Part shown: in pieces, positions 19,038 to 26,968 of the stretch
Layout: every line of letters begins with the position of its first letter
Position numbering within the stretch: position 1 is the first letter of the stretch
Virus record (IMG/VR): IMGVR_UViG_3300045988_117002
DNA: 64,000 nucleotides
Direction: 5' to 3' (one strand)
From: a virus
Made by a program: the position numbers and the translations under genes
Notes under the pieces: generated by a model
What the model was told of the DNA's origin: nothing
What the model saw: only the letters and a program-made list of their open reading frames with translations
Databases searched by the model: none

Positions 19038-19265
19038 TCATGTACTCTCTTCTATTTTTAATAGATCATATTTTTCATGAATATCATTTAAAAATTCATT
19101 AAATATTAAATCAACTGCACATCCAAAACCTTCACAAAAATCATTGTTAATTTCTTCTGTAAAATATTCGTCATATTCATTTTTCAGCATATATTCTTTA
19201 ATGAGTCGTTTTGATTGTTTTGGCTTACCATAGACATATCTTGGTATGTGATTCATAATATTCAA
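19038..19265 (-). CDS. hypothetical protein
   Basis: Co-directional ORF. Confidence 0.5.
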   Translation of the reverse strand: MNIMNHIPRYVYGKPKQSKRLIKEYMLKNEYDEYFTEEINNDFCEGFGCAVDLIFNEFLNDIHEKYDLLKIEEST

Positions 19266-19719
19266 AATATAATTATGAATATAATCTAATTTATAAAATT
19301 CATTTTCAAATTCCTTACTTATTGTATATCACTTCTTTTCTTTGAAACTCAAGTTTTAATAAAACAAGTCTTTCATCTACATTTTTAAATTTATCACACT
19401 GACTCTCTTTCATTTCTTCTCCATGAAAACCCAATTGTAAATAACATTTATTAAGTATATTGCAGGTATCATAATCAACATAATATTATAAATCAATTCT
19501 ATCATTCTTAATTACTCCTAAAACTCACATTTTATCTATGTTTTTGATATATTTTTAAAACTTTCAAATTTCATATGACAATACGTTTCAAGTTTTGTAG
19601 CTATGTCAAATTAAATAGTTATCGTGTATATTACATAGCTTTTAGTGAGTGCTTAACCTCACCTTTCAGGTGCAAAATCACCTGTACATTTCTGCAATGA
19701 CGTGAATGAAACCACGCTT

Positions 19720-19887
19720 TTATCCTGTCTCCTCGAATATATTCCCAATCTGATGTCCAATCATCTTTCTATCCTTTATCTTCTTACATTTCGTGCATCG
19801 ACATTTACCAATTACAACTTCTAATCCACTATAATCATACTTTAAATGTCGTGACTTTTCGATTAATACCCAATTGTGATTACACAT
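19720..19887 (-). CDS. small zinc-ribbon protein
   Basis: CNHN...CRCTKC; trimmed to ATG 19887. Confidence 0.45.
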   Translation of the reverse strand: MCNHNWVLIEKSRHLKYDYSGLEVVIGKCRCTKCKKIKDRKMIGHQIGNIFEETG

Positions 19888-20467
19888 TATTTGTTCCATC
19901 CTTAGTATCATATTTTAGTAATTCTCCATCTCTATAAATCTTCTGTGAGCATACTTTTTTAATACATAAATTGGTATCAAAATTAGATTTTAATTCCACT
20001 TTAGTTACAACAACAGGTGCAACTCCAAATCTTGTGCCGCAATAAATTACATCACCTTTCTGTAACATAAGACTCATATAACCCCATGTTTGTGGTAATC
20101 TCCAAACAAATTCCTTATCATCTTTACTGTTAGGATGTTTCCCGTATACATAAGCAGTTAGTTTTTCCTTGTATGTAACAACGTGTTTAGATGGAATCAA
20201 TCGTCCATACTTTTTACGTTGCTTATCAGTATAAGTATGTTTTCTCAGCGTCAAACGTTTTGCATTAACATATTCCACATCATGACTTTTCAACACAAGA
20301 TACATTATGTAACCATCTACTAAAACATTCTTCTCATCTACTATTATGTACCTATCCTGGTTTCCTGTTTTGTTATAGTAATTCTCACACTTTTCATATT
20401 TCGACGCATTTGGTGTGCTGCTTTCAAAATCTGTAGGAATTTTAATTTCTGAAAGTTTCATTTTCAT
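19880..20467 (-). CDS. ParB/Srx-like N-terminal domain protein
   Basis: IKIPTDF...RYIIVDEKNVLVDGYIMYLVLK resembles the ParB-N (sulfiredoxin-fold) core. Confidence 0.5.
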   Translation of the reverse strand: MKMKLSEIKIPTDFESSTPNASKYEKCENYYNKTGNQDRYIIVDEKNVLVDGYIMYLVLKSHDVEYVNAKRLTLRKHTYTDKQRKKYGRLIPSKHVVTYKEKLTAYVYGKHPNSKDDKEFVWRLPQTWGYMSLMLQKGDVIYCGTRFGVAPVVVTKVELKSNFDTNLCIKKVCSQKIYRDGELLKYDTKDGTNNV

Positions 20468-20482
20468 ATGTATTCTCCCTTC

Positions 20483-22780
20483 TTATGCAACTGCTCCTTT
20501 ATTAAATGCAATCAAGTCATTTCTCATATTGAGATAGTTCTTTTTCTGATCAACATCATATGTATTATTTCTATTGAAATAGTCCTTAAACCAATCGTCA
20601 CAATCTACATCGTTTTGATAGGCATATGCAATAACTCCAATGATGGAATCATGGTTAGCGGCCTCGAGAAGTTTTGATGAATTATCAACGTCTAAAGTAA
20701 TCGTATCTAAATATTCTTCATAGTCCTGCACATCAAGTTCTGAAACTGCCTCATCAACACAATCCTGTACAAACTTTAATGCAGATTTCATATCAGTATG
20801 AATTGTGTTATCAATTACTTCTCCGCTCACATGTTCAATTTCAGTGTTTCCAATCGCTGAATACTCTGTTACTTCTGCGATAGCAGGTTTCTCAGGTGAT
20901 TCTTCGACCGTTTCTGTATCAAATAAATCATCTTCAACGGTTTCTGGTTCATGTTCTTCTGTGATTTCCTCAACAGAATCTTCGATATGTAAATATTCTT
21001 TCATCAGAGTAAACAAATGATTGAATCTTTTTGTTACGGAAGAACGATCCTTTGTCCCTTTCTGACCATTTAAACAATCGTATGTAATGCCATCAATTTC
21101 TTTATTATGTAATGTCTCTTTAAATTCCTGAATAAATCCATTAAATTTATCATCTTCAATGTCGTATTCTAAGAATTTATCAAATAAAGCAAACCATAAA
21201 AATGAATTTTTATTATTAAAAATATCTGATGTATCACCTCTTAACACATTAAATAACTTCTCCAATGTCAAATAAAAATCAATAAATACTGATTCATTTG
21301 CATTTTCAGTTAAGTAAGCACACATTTTACCAAAATCTTTATCAAAATGGCTAAGATATTTAGATGTCATTATTGCTTCAATAATAATTCTTCTAAGTGA
21401 TCCATTCTTAATATTCGTATTTGAATAACTTGACTTATCACAATCAACTTTAAAGAAGTCCATCTTTAAAATCTTATCTACATATTCAGCATAGGATTCT
21501 TCTAATCCTAGCCATCCTGACTGAGAAACGTTCATTGGTCTACATCTGTTGAATCGTGCAATATCATAAGCAATATCTTTCTTTGTACAATTCAAATTGA
21601 GCATTACAGGAACTTGATAATCTCTAAATTTGTCTTGTAATTCTTCTGGCAACTGAGAAAATTTCTTTCCACGAATATCAAACGTTTTACTTTCAGGTAT
21701 TGGAAATCCATCTTCATTCAAAATTACATTTCCATCTTCATCTGTTTTGTCGCTCTGATATTCAATCATATATCTCTGTACATTTTTGGAAATTGCAAAT
21801 CCATCTTCCAGATAATCTTTTAAATTTGTAGAACGCTGTTTTCCATCAATTAACCAATGCATTATAATTCCAGCTTTAATTTCTTCTGAAATTACAATCT
21901 GTAAAAGTGAATTACCTTGTAAAATATCAGAAATTAATTCACTTTTTGTAAGTAAACTCCATTGTCCATAAGTTCTTTGCAACGGATGGTTGTCTCTTAA
22001 TCTGTGCTGCCTTAACTGTTTACTAAGAGATTCTATTGAATAACTGGTAGACTTTGTTCTTTCTGATGTTGTTGTTTTTGTTTCCATTGGTAATTCCTCC
22101 TCAATATTTGCATTCTCACATTCTTCCATTTTTAGAAGTTGTCTTTTTTCATATTCTTTCATATCAGAAAGATATGTATTATATTCCTTATCGGAGATAT
22201 GTAAAATCTCTTTAATTTCCGTAGAATTACATCCTTGCATTATTAAATCCACAATTTGACGTTGCACAGATCCAAGTGAACTAATATATCTAATTACATT
22301 TTCTCCAAGATTTAACAATTCTCCAACATCAATACTACTTTCAATATCAAAATCTGAAGGAATTACATCAATATATTTTGTTTCTCCATCATCTGTCATT
22401 AAATTATCTAATGACGTTGGATAAATATATTCCTTTACTTCCTTTCCATCTTCTTCTGTAACTACTATTTGACAACGTTTTCCTCTGTTCTTACGTGTCA
22501 TATAGGTTTTTATTTTATTTGAAATTGCAAAATACATAAATCCATTGAACTTATTTTCGTCAAAATCTTCAATTCCTTGTTCCAATTGAGAATTTACATA
22601 CTTTGTAATCTCTAAATTTGCTATCGAATAGCATTCTTCTCTATCAAAATCGGTGATACCACCAAATTGTGAAAGAATTTTATCTACGATGTTATGTAAT
22701 TTTCTTGCTGATTCTTCTGGTTTATCCTCATTTACTTTATAATAAGATTCCAGAATGTCTTTGTAGTGCATTCGTATCAC
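20483..22780 (-). CDS. sigma-70/ECF-like N-terminal module fused to a DUF262 (ParB-superfamily) domain
   Basis: Region-2-like FMYFAISNKIKTYMTRKNR; region-4 HTH SVQRQIVDLIMQGCNSTEIKEILHIS; then PLQR...W and IDGKQRST (DUF262 DGQQR motif); acidic linker; no DUF1524/HNH motif seen. Confidence 0.6.
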   Translation of the reverse strand: MIRMHYKDILESYYKVNEDKPEESARKLHNIVDKILSQFGGITDFDREECYSIANLEITKYVNSQLEQGIEDFDENKFNGFMYFAISNKIKTYMTRKNRGKRCQIVVTEEDGKEVKEYIYPTSLDNLMTDDGETKYIDVIPSDFDIESSIDVGELLNLGENVIRYISSLGSVQRQIVDLIMQGCNSTEIKEILHISDKEYNTYLSDMKEYEKRQLLKMEECENANIEEELPMETKTTTSERTKSTSYSIESLSKQLRQHRLRDNHPLQRTYGQWSLLTKSELISDILQGNSLLQIVISEEIKAGIIMHWLIDGKQRSTNLKDYLEDGFAISKNVQRYMIEYQSDKTDEDGNVILNEDGFPIPESKTFDIRGKKFSQLPEELQDKFRDYQVPVMLNLNCTKKDIAYDIARFNRCRPMNVSQSGWLGLEESYAEYVDKILKMDFFKVDCDKSSYSNTNIKNGSLRRIIIEAIMTSKYLSHFDKDFGKMCAYLTENANESVFIDFYLTLEKLFNVLRGDTSDIFNNKNSFLWFALFDKFLEYDIEDDKFNGFIQEFKETLHNKEIDGITYDCLNGQKGTKDRSSVTKRFNHLFTLMKEYLHIEDSVEEITEEHEPETVEDDLFDTETVEESPEKPAIAEVTEYSAIGNTEIEHVSGEVIDNTIHTDMKSALKFVQDCVDEAVSELDVQDYEEYLDTITLDVDNSSKLLEAANHDSIIGVIAYAYQNDVDCDDWFKDYFNRNNTYDVDQKKNYLNMRNDLIAFNKGAVA

Positions 22781-22817
22781 CGATCCTCTCTGTTGATATG
22801 CTGTAATTATGTAATAA

Positions 22818-23549
22818 TTATTTTTTCTCTTTCGTTACGCCTTTCGCATAATCTTCGAGATATTCTTTAGACAAACGTCTGTATTTATATTTAGAATTTG
22901 CAATCTTATCAATCACTTTCATGTATTTCCTGTTTTTAAATCTCTCCACATGGTATTGGAAAAGTTTTGCACAATTCCTATTTCTTTTACATATAGCACG
23001 TTGACGTTCATAATATTGCAATAAGTAACTAATTCTACTCATTGGCACTGTTCCCAATTTTGTTTCTTCATCTCGGATAAAATGTCTTACGTCAAGAATT
23101 TTCAGATCATATTCTTTAATAAGATATTCCATATTCTCAATGTATTTCTCTCTATCAGAAATACAATCAATTACCATCTTAAAGAAATTGCCGATTCCTA
23201 TATCATTCATAGAAAGTTCTTTCTCTAAAGCAGTTTCTCCATGATATGTATAAGGATTATCATACTTTGGATTTCGCTGATAATCTTCATAGTAATCGTC
23301 AAGTTCCGCTAAGATACCGTTAATATCTTCTGGTAGTTTTTCTTCTTCAATTGGTTTAGGTTGAGCAGCGATTTCAGAGACTAGCTGAACATTAAAGTGA
23401 AATTTTCTCAATGGTTTAGGAAGATTCTTGATAATGTTTTTTGCTTTATCTTCTGAAAATCTTTCTGCAAGTACCTGACCGCATGTTTGAGGACTACCAT
23501 TTGAATCTAAACGGATATATTGCTTGCCGTTTGTAATTAAGCAATCCAA
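22818..23549 (-). CDS. hypothetical protein
   Basis: Co-directional ORF, 243 aa. Confidence 0.6.
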   Translation of the reverse strand: MDCLITNGKQYIRLDSNGSPQTCGQVLAERFSEDKAKNIIKNLPKPLRKFHFNVQLVSEIAAQPKPIEEEKLPEDINGILAELDDYYEDYQRNPKYDNPYTYHGETALEKELSMNDIGIGNFFKMVIDCISDREKYIENMEYLIKEYDLKILDVRHFIRDEETKLGTVPMSRISYLLQYYERQRAICKRNRNCAKLFQYHVERFKNRKYMKVIDKIANSKYKYRRLSKEYLEDYAKGVTKEKK

Positions 23550-23597
23550 TTTACATCGCCCCTTTCATTTTTATAAACGTTATTTCTCCGTTTTGAA

Positions 23598-23671
23598 TGG
23601 AAATTGTGGGACTTGAACCCACGACCTATAGTTTATGAGACTATTTCTCTAACCAACTGAGATAAATTTCC
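23598..23671 (-). tRNA. tRNA-Met(CAU) (elongator type; could be tRNA-Ile2 if lysidinylated)
   Basis: Hand-folded 74-nt cloverleaf: GGAAATT/AATTTCC acceptor, TCTC/GAGA D stem, ATAGT/ACTAT anticodon stem, loop CTCATAA, GTGGG-TTCAAGT-CCCAC T arm; CCA not encoded. Confidence 0.9.
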
Positions 23672-23705
23672 ATAAAATACTTAAAAATGAGTACAAAAAC
23701 TACGA

Positions 23706-23721
23706 TGAAAGCCGACTTTCA
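23706..23721. promoter_or_regulatory. TGAAA-N6-TTTCA palindrome, copy 6 (upstream of the tRNA)
   Basis: tgaaagccgactttca about 35 nt 5' of the mature tRNA end, so this copy is not linked to an SD. Confidence 0.6.
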
Positions 23722-23797
23722 TTTGTAATATTTCTCTATATTTAGTTGTAATTAATTGGAATAATCGCAGAAACGCTATGATTAATAAAGATTTTGC

Positions 23798-23826
23798 TTG
23801 ACATTTTTTGCCAAGAGTTCTAAACT
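23798..23826 (+). promoter_or_regulatory. sigma-A-type promoter
   Basis: TTGACA (23798-23803), 17-nt spacer, TAAACT (23821-23826). Confidence 0.45.
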
Positions 23827-23832
23827 AATTAT

Positions 23833-23930
23833 AACATATTAGATTATTCCAGTAATCTTCTATGTTGTGTGTTGTAAGGATCTTATCTCATATGGTGTTC
23901 CAGCACCGAGATAAGATCCTTACTTTTTTT
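23833..23930 (+). ncRNA. candidate ~100-nt small RNA
   Basis: A promoter and strong intrinsic terminator bracket about 100 nt with no ORF; the strand is opposite to all neighbouring genes. Confidence 0.35.
23875..23930 (+). terminator. rho-independent terminator
   Basis: taaggatcttatctc / gagataagatcctta 15-bp stem, 18-nt loop, then cttttttt. Confidence 0.75.
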
Positions 23931-24014
23931 ATTCTTGTGAAGATGTTTATATGATATACCAAACATTTGTTTGTGTCAATACTTTCCAGAACATTTGTTT
24001 GTATTTTTTCGATT

Positions 24015-24293
24015 TTATATTTTCATATGTCCCTTCTCAGCAAATAATATTGTTTTCTCTTTATTTTTATCTTGTGTTTTTAACGTAGACATTATGAAGT
24101 TTCTATTATATGTGATTGGAAGTCCAGTTGTAATAGCTTTAATTCCACAAGTTACACTTATTGGAATAGCTTCACAATCAGGCGATCTCGTATCTAAATC
24201 AAATGAGGAAAATAACACATTCTCTCCACCGTTTTTCTTATACTCAGTTAATAATCTTATAGCTTCATCTACGGACACAATTCTTCCACTCAT
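24015..24293 (-). CDS. hypothetical protein co-transcribed downstream of mazF
   Basis: ATGA overlap with the mazF stop; 92 aa; no motif recognised. Confidence 0.55.
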   Translation of the reverse strand: MSGRIVSVDEAIRLLTEYKKNGGENVLFSSFDLDTRSPDCEAIPISVTCGIKAITTGLPITYNRNFIMSTLKTQDKNKEKTILFAEKGHMKI

Positions 24294-24679
24294 GCTAATT
24301 CCTCCACTCTGATTTTCTTTTTACCATATAAGTTTGCAAGGAAACATTTTTCTACTAAAAGTCTATCCTCTTCATTGTCAATATTTCCCCATTTTTCAAC
24401 TACATCACGCTTATCAATGGTAAAAATCTGTTCCCCTAAAACCATTGAGTCACATTTTAAACCATTAGATTTACTAGCTTTAATTACTTCGTGAGTGGGC
24501 TGCTCAACCTTTTTGATTTTACTGGTCAAGCACATGACAATCAAAGTAGGAGCAAACTTATTTCCAGAATCATTCTGGATTACAACAACAGGTCTTTCGA
24601 TCTGCTGAACGTGTGATTTAGCTGATGTATTAACATTTGTTTTGACATAAAGAATATCAAATATATTAAACTCCATCAT
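24290..24679 (-). CDS. mazF: MazF/PemK/EndoA-family endoribonuclease toxin
   Basis: RPVVVIQNDSGNKFAPTLIVMCLTSKIKKVEQPTHEVI and DSMVLGEQIFTIDKRDV closely parallel B. subtilis EndoA as recalled (RPVLVIQND.GNRFSPT.IVA.IT...LPTHVEI / DSVILLEQIRTIDKQRL). Confidence 0.9.
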   Translation of the reverse strand: MMEFNIFDILYVKTNVNTSAKSHVQQIERPVVVIQNDSGNKFAPTLIVMCLTSKIKKVEQPTHEVIKASKSNGLKCDSMVLGEQIFTIDKRDVVEKWGNIDNEEDRLLVEKCFLANLYGKKKIRVEELA

Positions 24680-24717
24680 ATCGTGTGTGCAGCTCCTTTC
24701 TTTATCTTATGTACCCC

Positions 24718-24746
24718 ATTATAGCGTATAGACTATATATTGTCAA
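24718..24746 (-). promoter_or_regulatory. consensus sigma-A promoter for the mazF operon
   Basis: On the minus strand TTGACA (24746-24741), 17 nt, TATAAT (24723-24718). Confidence 0.7.
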
Positions 24747-24758
24747 GACTATATATTG
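24730..24758. promoter_or_regulatory. tandem operator repeats AGACTATATATTG x2
   Basis: Identical 13-mers at 24730-24742 and 24746-24758 (16-bp period); they overlap the mazF promoter spacer and the -35 of the xre promoter. Confidence 0.65.
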
Positions 24759-24784
24759 CAAAAAATAAATATTTTTGTTATAAT
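24756..24784 (+). promoter_or_regulatory. sigma-A promoter for the XRE gene
   Basis: TTGCAA (24756-24761), 17 nt, TATAAT (24779-24784). Confidence 0.7.
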
Positions 24785-24812
24785 CAATTCATCAAATTTT
24801 GGAGGTATCACA

Positions 24813-25022
24813 ATGAAAGTAATCCTCAAAGAAACCCTTGAAAAACAGGGTAAATCACAATATTGGCTTGCAAAAGAGACAGGTATAGCTCAATCTACAT
24901 TGAGTAATCTTTGTGCCAATAAAACAAGTAAAATTGATTTTCTTGTGTTGCAAAAAATCTGTAATGCTCTTGATTGTGATATTACAGACATAATTTCTGT
25001 CAAAGAAAGCGATGACAAATAG
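24813..25022 (+). CDS. XRE/Cro-CI family HTH regulator
   Basis: GGAGG SD 7 nt upstream of ATG 24813; KSQYWLAKETGIAQSTLSNL HTH. Confidence 0.8.
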   Translation: MKVILKETLEKQGKSQYWLAKETGIAQSTLSNLCANKTSKIDFLVLQKICNALDCDITDIISVKESDDK

Positions 25023-25066
25023 TCATCGCCTACATAGTCATTGCTTAAAAGCAACCTTTCATCCAG

Positions 25067-25611
25067 TTATTCCAAATCATTGATAAGTTTCTTAACCCTA
25101 TCAATTTCTTCTGTTGTATGTGGTGTTCCACCTGCGTTCATGTCAATGTACCACTGTAATACTTCTTTCTCTGTTTTCAGATTATTTACATGAATAATTA
25201 ATGTATTTGTATTCAAATGCCTTGGATCTTCATATTCTCTATAATAAGAATTAACACTTTAATCTCATTATTTATAAATCTCTGAATGGAAGTTAATCTC
25301 TGTAAACCATCTACACAAACAAAATCTTTATATGTATCTGGCTTTATGTTATTCATGTTCCAGTCCATCCAAAATGGATCATTGAAATAGACATCATTAC
25401 CAGATTTACCACCTTTGAGAAAAAACTCTAACCACGCAATCTGTTGTTCCTCCGTCCATACATGTCCTCTCTGGAAATCTGGATTAAGTTGCAAATTATA
25501 TTCTTTAATGTTTTCTTCAATCCATATAGATACTCTACGAATATCCATATTCACATGATAGCTTGCATCTCTTGTAAATTGTGGTATATCCTTAAATTTT
25601 GTATACTTCAT
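25067..25611 (-). pseudogene. DUF262 (ParB-like) domain gene with a -1 frameshift
   Basis: NPDFQRGHVW and VDGLQRLTS motifs in the 25213..25611 frame; the homology-like continuation SVNSYYREYED...WYIDMNAGGTPHTTEEIDRVKKL runs in another frame to TAA 25069-25067; the shift sits at the AAA run near 25255. Confidence 0.6.
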
Positions 25612-25754
25612 GATATAATCCTTTCTGATCTTAATGTTGTTTCAATCGCAATAGCGGTACACCCAATAACATTTGCTATCTCTTCAAATGATTTGCCATC
25701 TTTATACATTTTCTTAATATTTTCAATATCATTATAAGTAAACCAATTTTCCAA
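25608..25754 (-). CDS. small HTH protein (48 aa, TTG start)
   Basis: GAGGTGA SD then TTG; KSFEEIANVIGCTAIAIETTL HTH; stop overlaps the DUF262 start (ATGA). Confidence 0.3.
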   Translation of the reverse strand: MENWFTYNDIENIKKMYKDGKSFEEIANVIGCTAIAIETTLRSERIIS

Positions 25755-25782
25755 TTGTATCACCTCACTTGAAAGCTGGATT

Positions 25783-26088
25783 TCAGCGTTGTTTCTCTAT
25801 CGGAAGCTCAAATCTATCTGGAAATAATCTATCATCAAGTAGTGAAGATATTCTTATTTCAGTTTCCTTATATTTTCCATCTTTTGTAAATATTCTATTG
25901 CTATCGGAATCGTTTGCAATACGGAAAATATATTCTGTCTCCCTATCACCATCACAAATTATAGCAATGCCTTTAACTGCTCCAATTCCATTTTGCTTTT
26001 CATATTTTTGCAATTTTTCAATTATCTCTCTTGTACTTGCTACTTTTGAACCAAACATAATACCTCCATGAAAGTCGAATTTCATCAT
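25783..26088 (-). CDS. hypothetical protein
   Basis: Co-directional ORF. Confidence 0.5.
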   Translation of the reverse strand: MMKFDFHGGIMFGSKVASTREIIEKLQKYEKQNGIGAVKGIAIICDGDRETEYIFRIANDSDSNRIFTKDGKYKETEIRISSLLDDRLFPDRFELPIEKQR

Positions 26089-26261
26089 TCTCCAATAATA
26101 ATTGGTCTATAAATAACATCCACATTCTTTAAAAGTTCCAATGCTTCATCACACGCTTTCCAAGCATCACTTAATTTTTTATATCGTCCTAAATAAATAC
26201 TACCTTTAGGAGCATAATTAATGTAACTTGTATACATATATTCTCCATTATTTAATATACT

Positions 26262-26483
26262 TTATTTATTCTCTTTATACCATAAATCAGCAATTGCATG
26301 AGTTAATTCAATTTGTAACATCCATGTTGTATTTGATCCAAAGTCTTCATTATAAGCCTTTCTAATCTTGTCTAAATCTGTATCTGAATCAAAGAATCCC
26401 ATTTCCTCTACTTTAAGAAATTCTCCATACAATTTTACCAGTTCTTCTTTTGATTTAGTTTCAAAAATATTAACATGTCCCAT
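26262..26483 (-). CDS. hypothetical protein (intact copy of the pseudogene at 33111..33322)
   Basis: Co-directional ORF; nucleotide-level paralogy to 33111..33322. Confidence 0.55.
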   Translation of the reverse strand: MGHVNIFETKSKEELVKLYGEFLKVEEMGFFDSDTDLDKIRKAYNEDFGSNTTWMLQIELTHAIADLWYKENK

Positions 26484-26506
26484 ATATTATACCTCCAAAT
26501 CTGTCA

Positions 26507-26884
26507 TCATAAAATTTTATTCCACAATGATACTTTAATAATTTCATCTATTTCTTTATCTGTAATTGGTAACAATTTTTTAACTTCTTTTCTACCTATA
26601 TCTGAAAAACATAACGCCTCCATATACGCATCCATAGATATCAATAAATGTCTTTCTTTTAGTATAGGTACTCTCTTTAACATTCCAAGATGATCGTCCT
26701 CTTCTATAACGCACATTCGCATATTATTTTTTACTACAATATAAATAACTTCGTAAATGTCTAATTTCTCACCAGGTTCTCTGTTATCATAATAATTGAT
26801 AAGCTCATTAATATCTTCTTTGTGTCCCACAAAAAACAACTTTCCATCTGGAAATCCAATAGAAAAAGTACCTATATTAAGCAT
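26507..26884 (-). CDS. hypothetical protein
   Basis: ATG 26884 seven nt after a GGAGG SD (the track GTG 26890 lies inside the SD). Confidence 0.5.
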   Translation of the reverse strand: MLNIGTFSIGFPDGKLFFVGHKEDINELINYYDNREPGEKLDIYEVIYIVVKNNMRMCVIEEDDHLGMLKRVPILKERHLLISMDAYMEALCFSDIGRKEVKKLLPITDKEIDEIIKVSLWNKIL

Positions 26885-26968
26885 ATTCACACCTCCATAA
26901 AATCAGTCATTCATCGTATTATTCTACGTTTATAATTATAAATTTATAATTGCAGGGTGTGAATATGC
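26881..26968. repeat. 13-bp perfect inverted repeat spanning the tnpB stop
   Basis: gcatattcacacc (26881-26893) and ggtgtgaatatgc (26956-26968); one arm lies in the tnpB 3' coding end, the other covers the SD and start of the next ORF. Confidence 0.75.

Noticed and set aside
19343-19358. One-mismatch TGAAA-N6-TTTTA copy at 19343 as a member of the palindrome family
   Set aside because: It has a mismatch and falls inside a plausible small minus-strand ORF (..LLKLEFQ..), so it is not counted among the 13 perfect intergenic copies.
23598-23671. tRNA gene as attachment site of the adjacent accessory cluster (duplicated tRNA 3' end)
   Set aside because: The cluster lies on the 5' side of the tRNA, and I could not find a second copy of any tRNA segment at the far boundary (~30.4 kb) by eye. 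The idea is kept only as something to test computationally.
23971-24312. Plus-strand ORF 23971..24312 (TTG start) versus minus-strand ORF 24015..24293
   Set aside because: The minus-strand ORF has an ATGA overlap with mazF and a normal charged composition. The plus-strand one is hydrophobic, TTG-initiated and lacks an SD.
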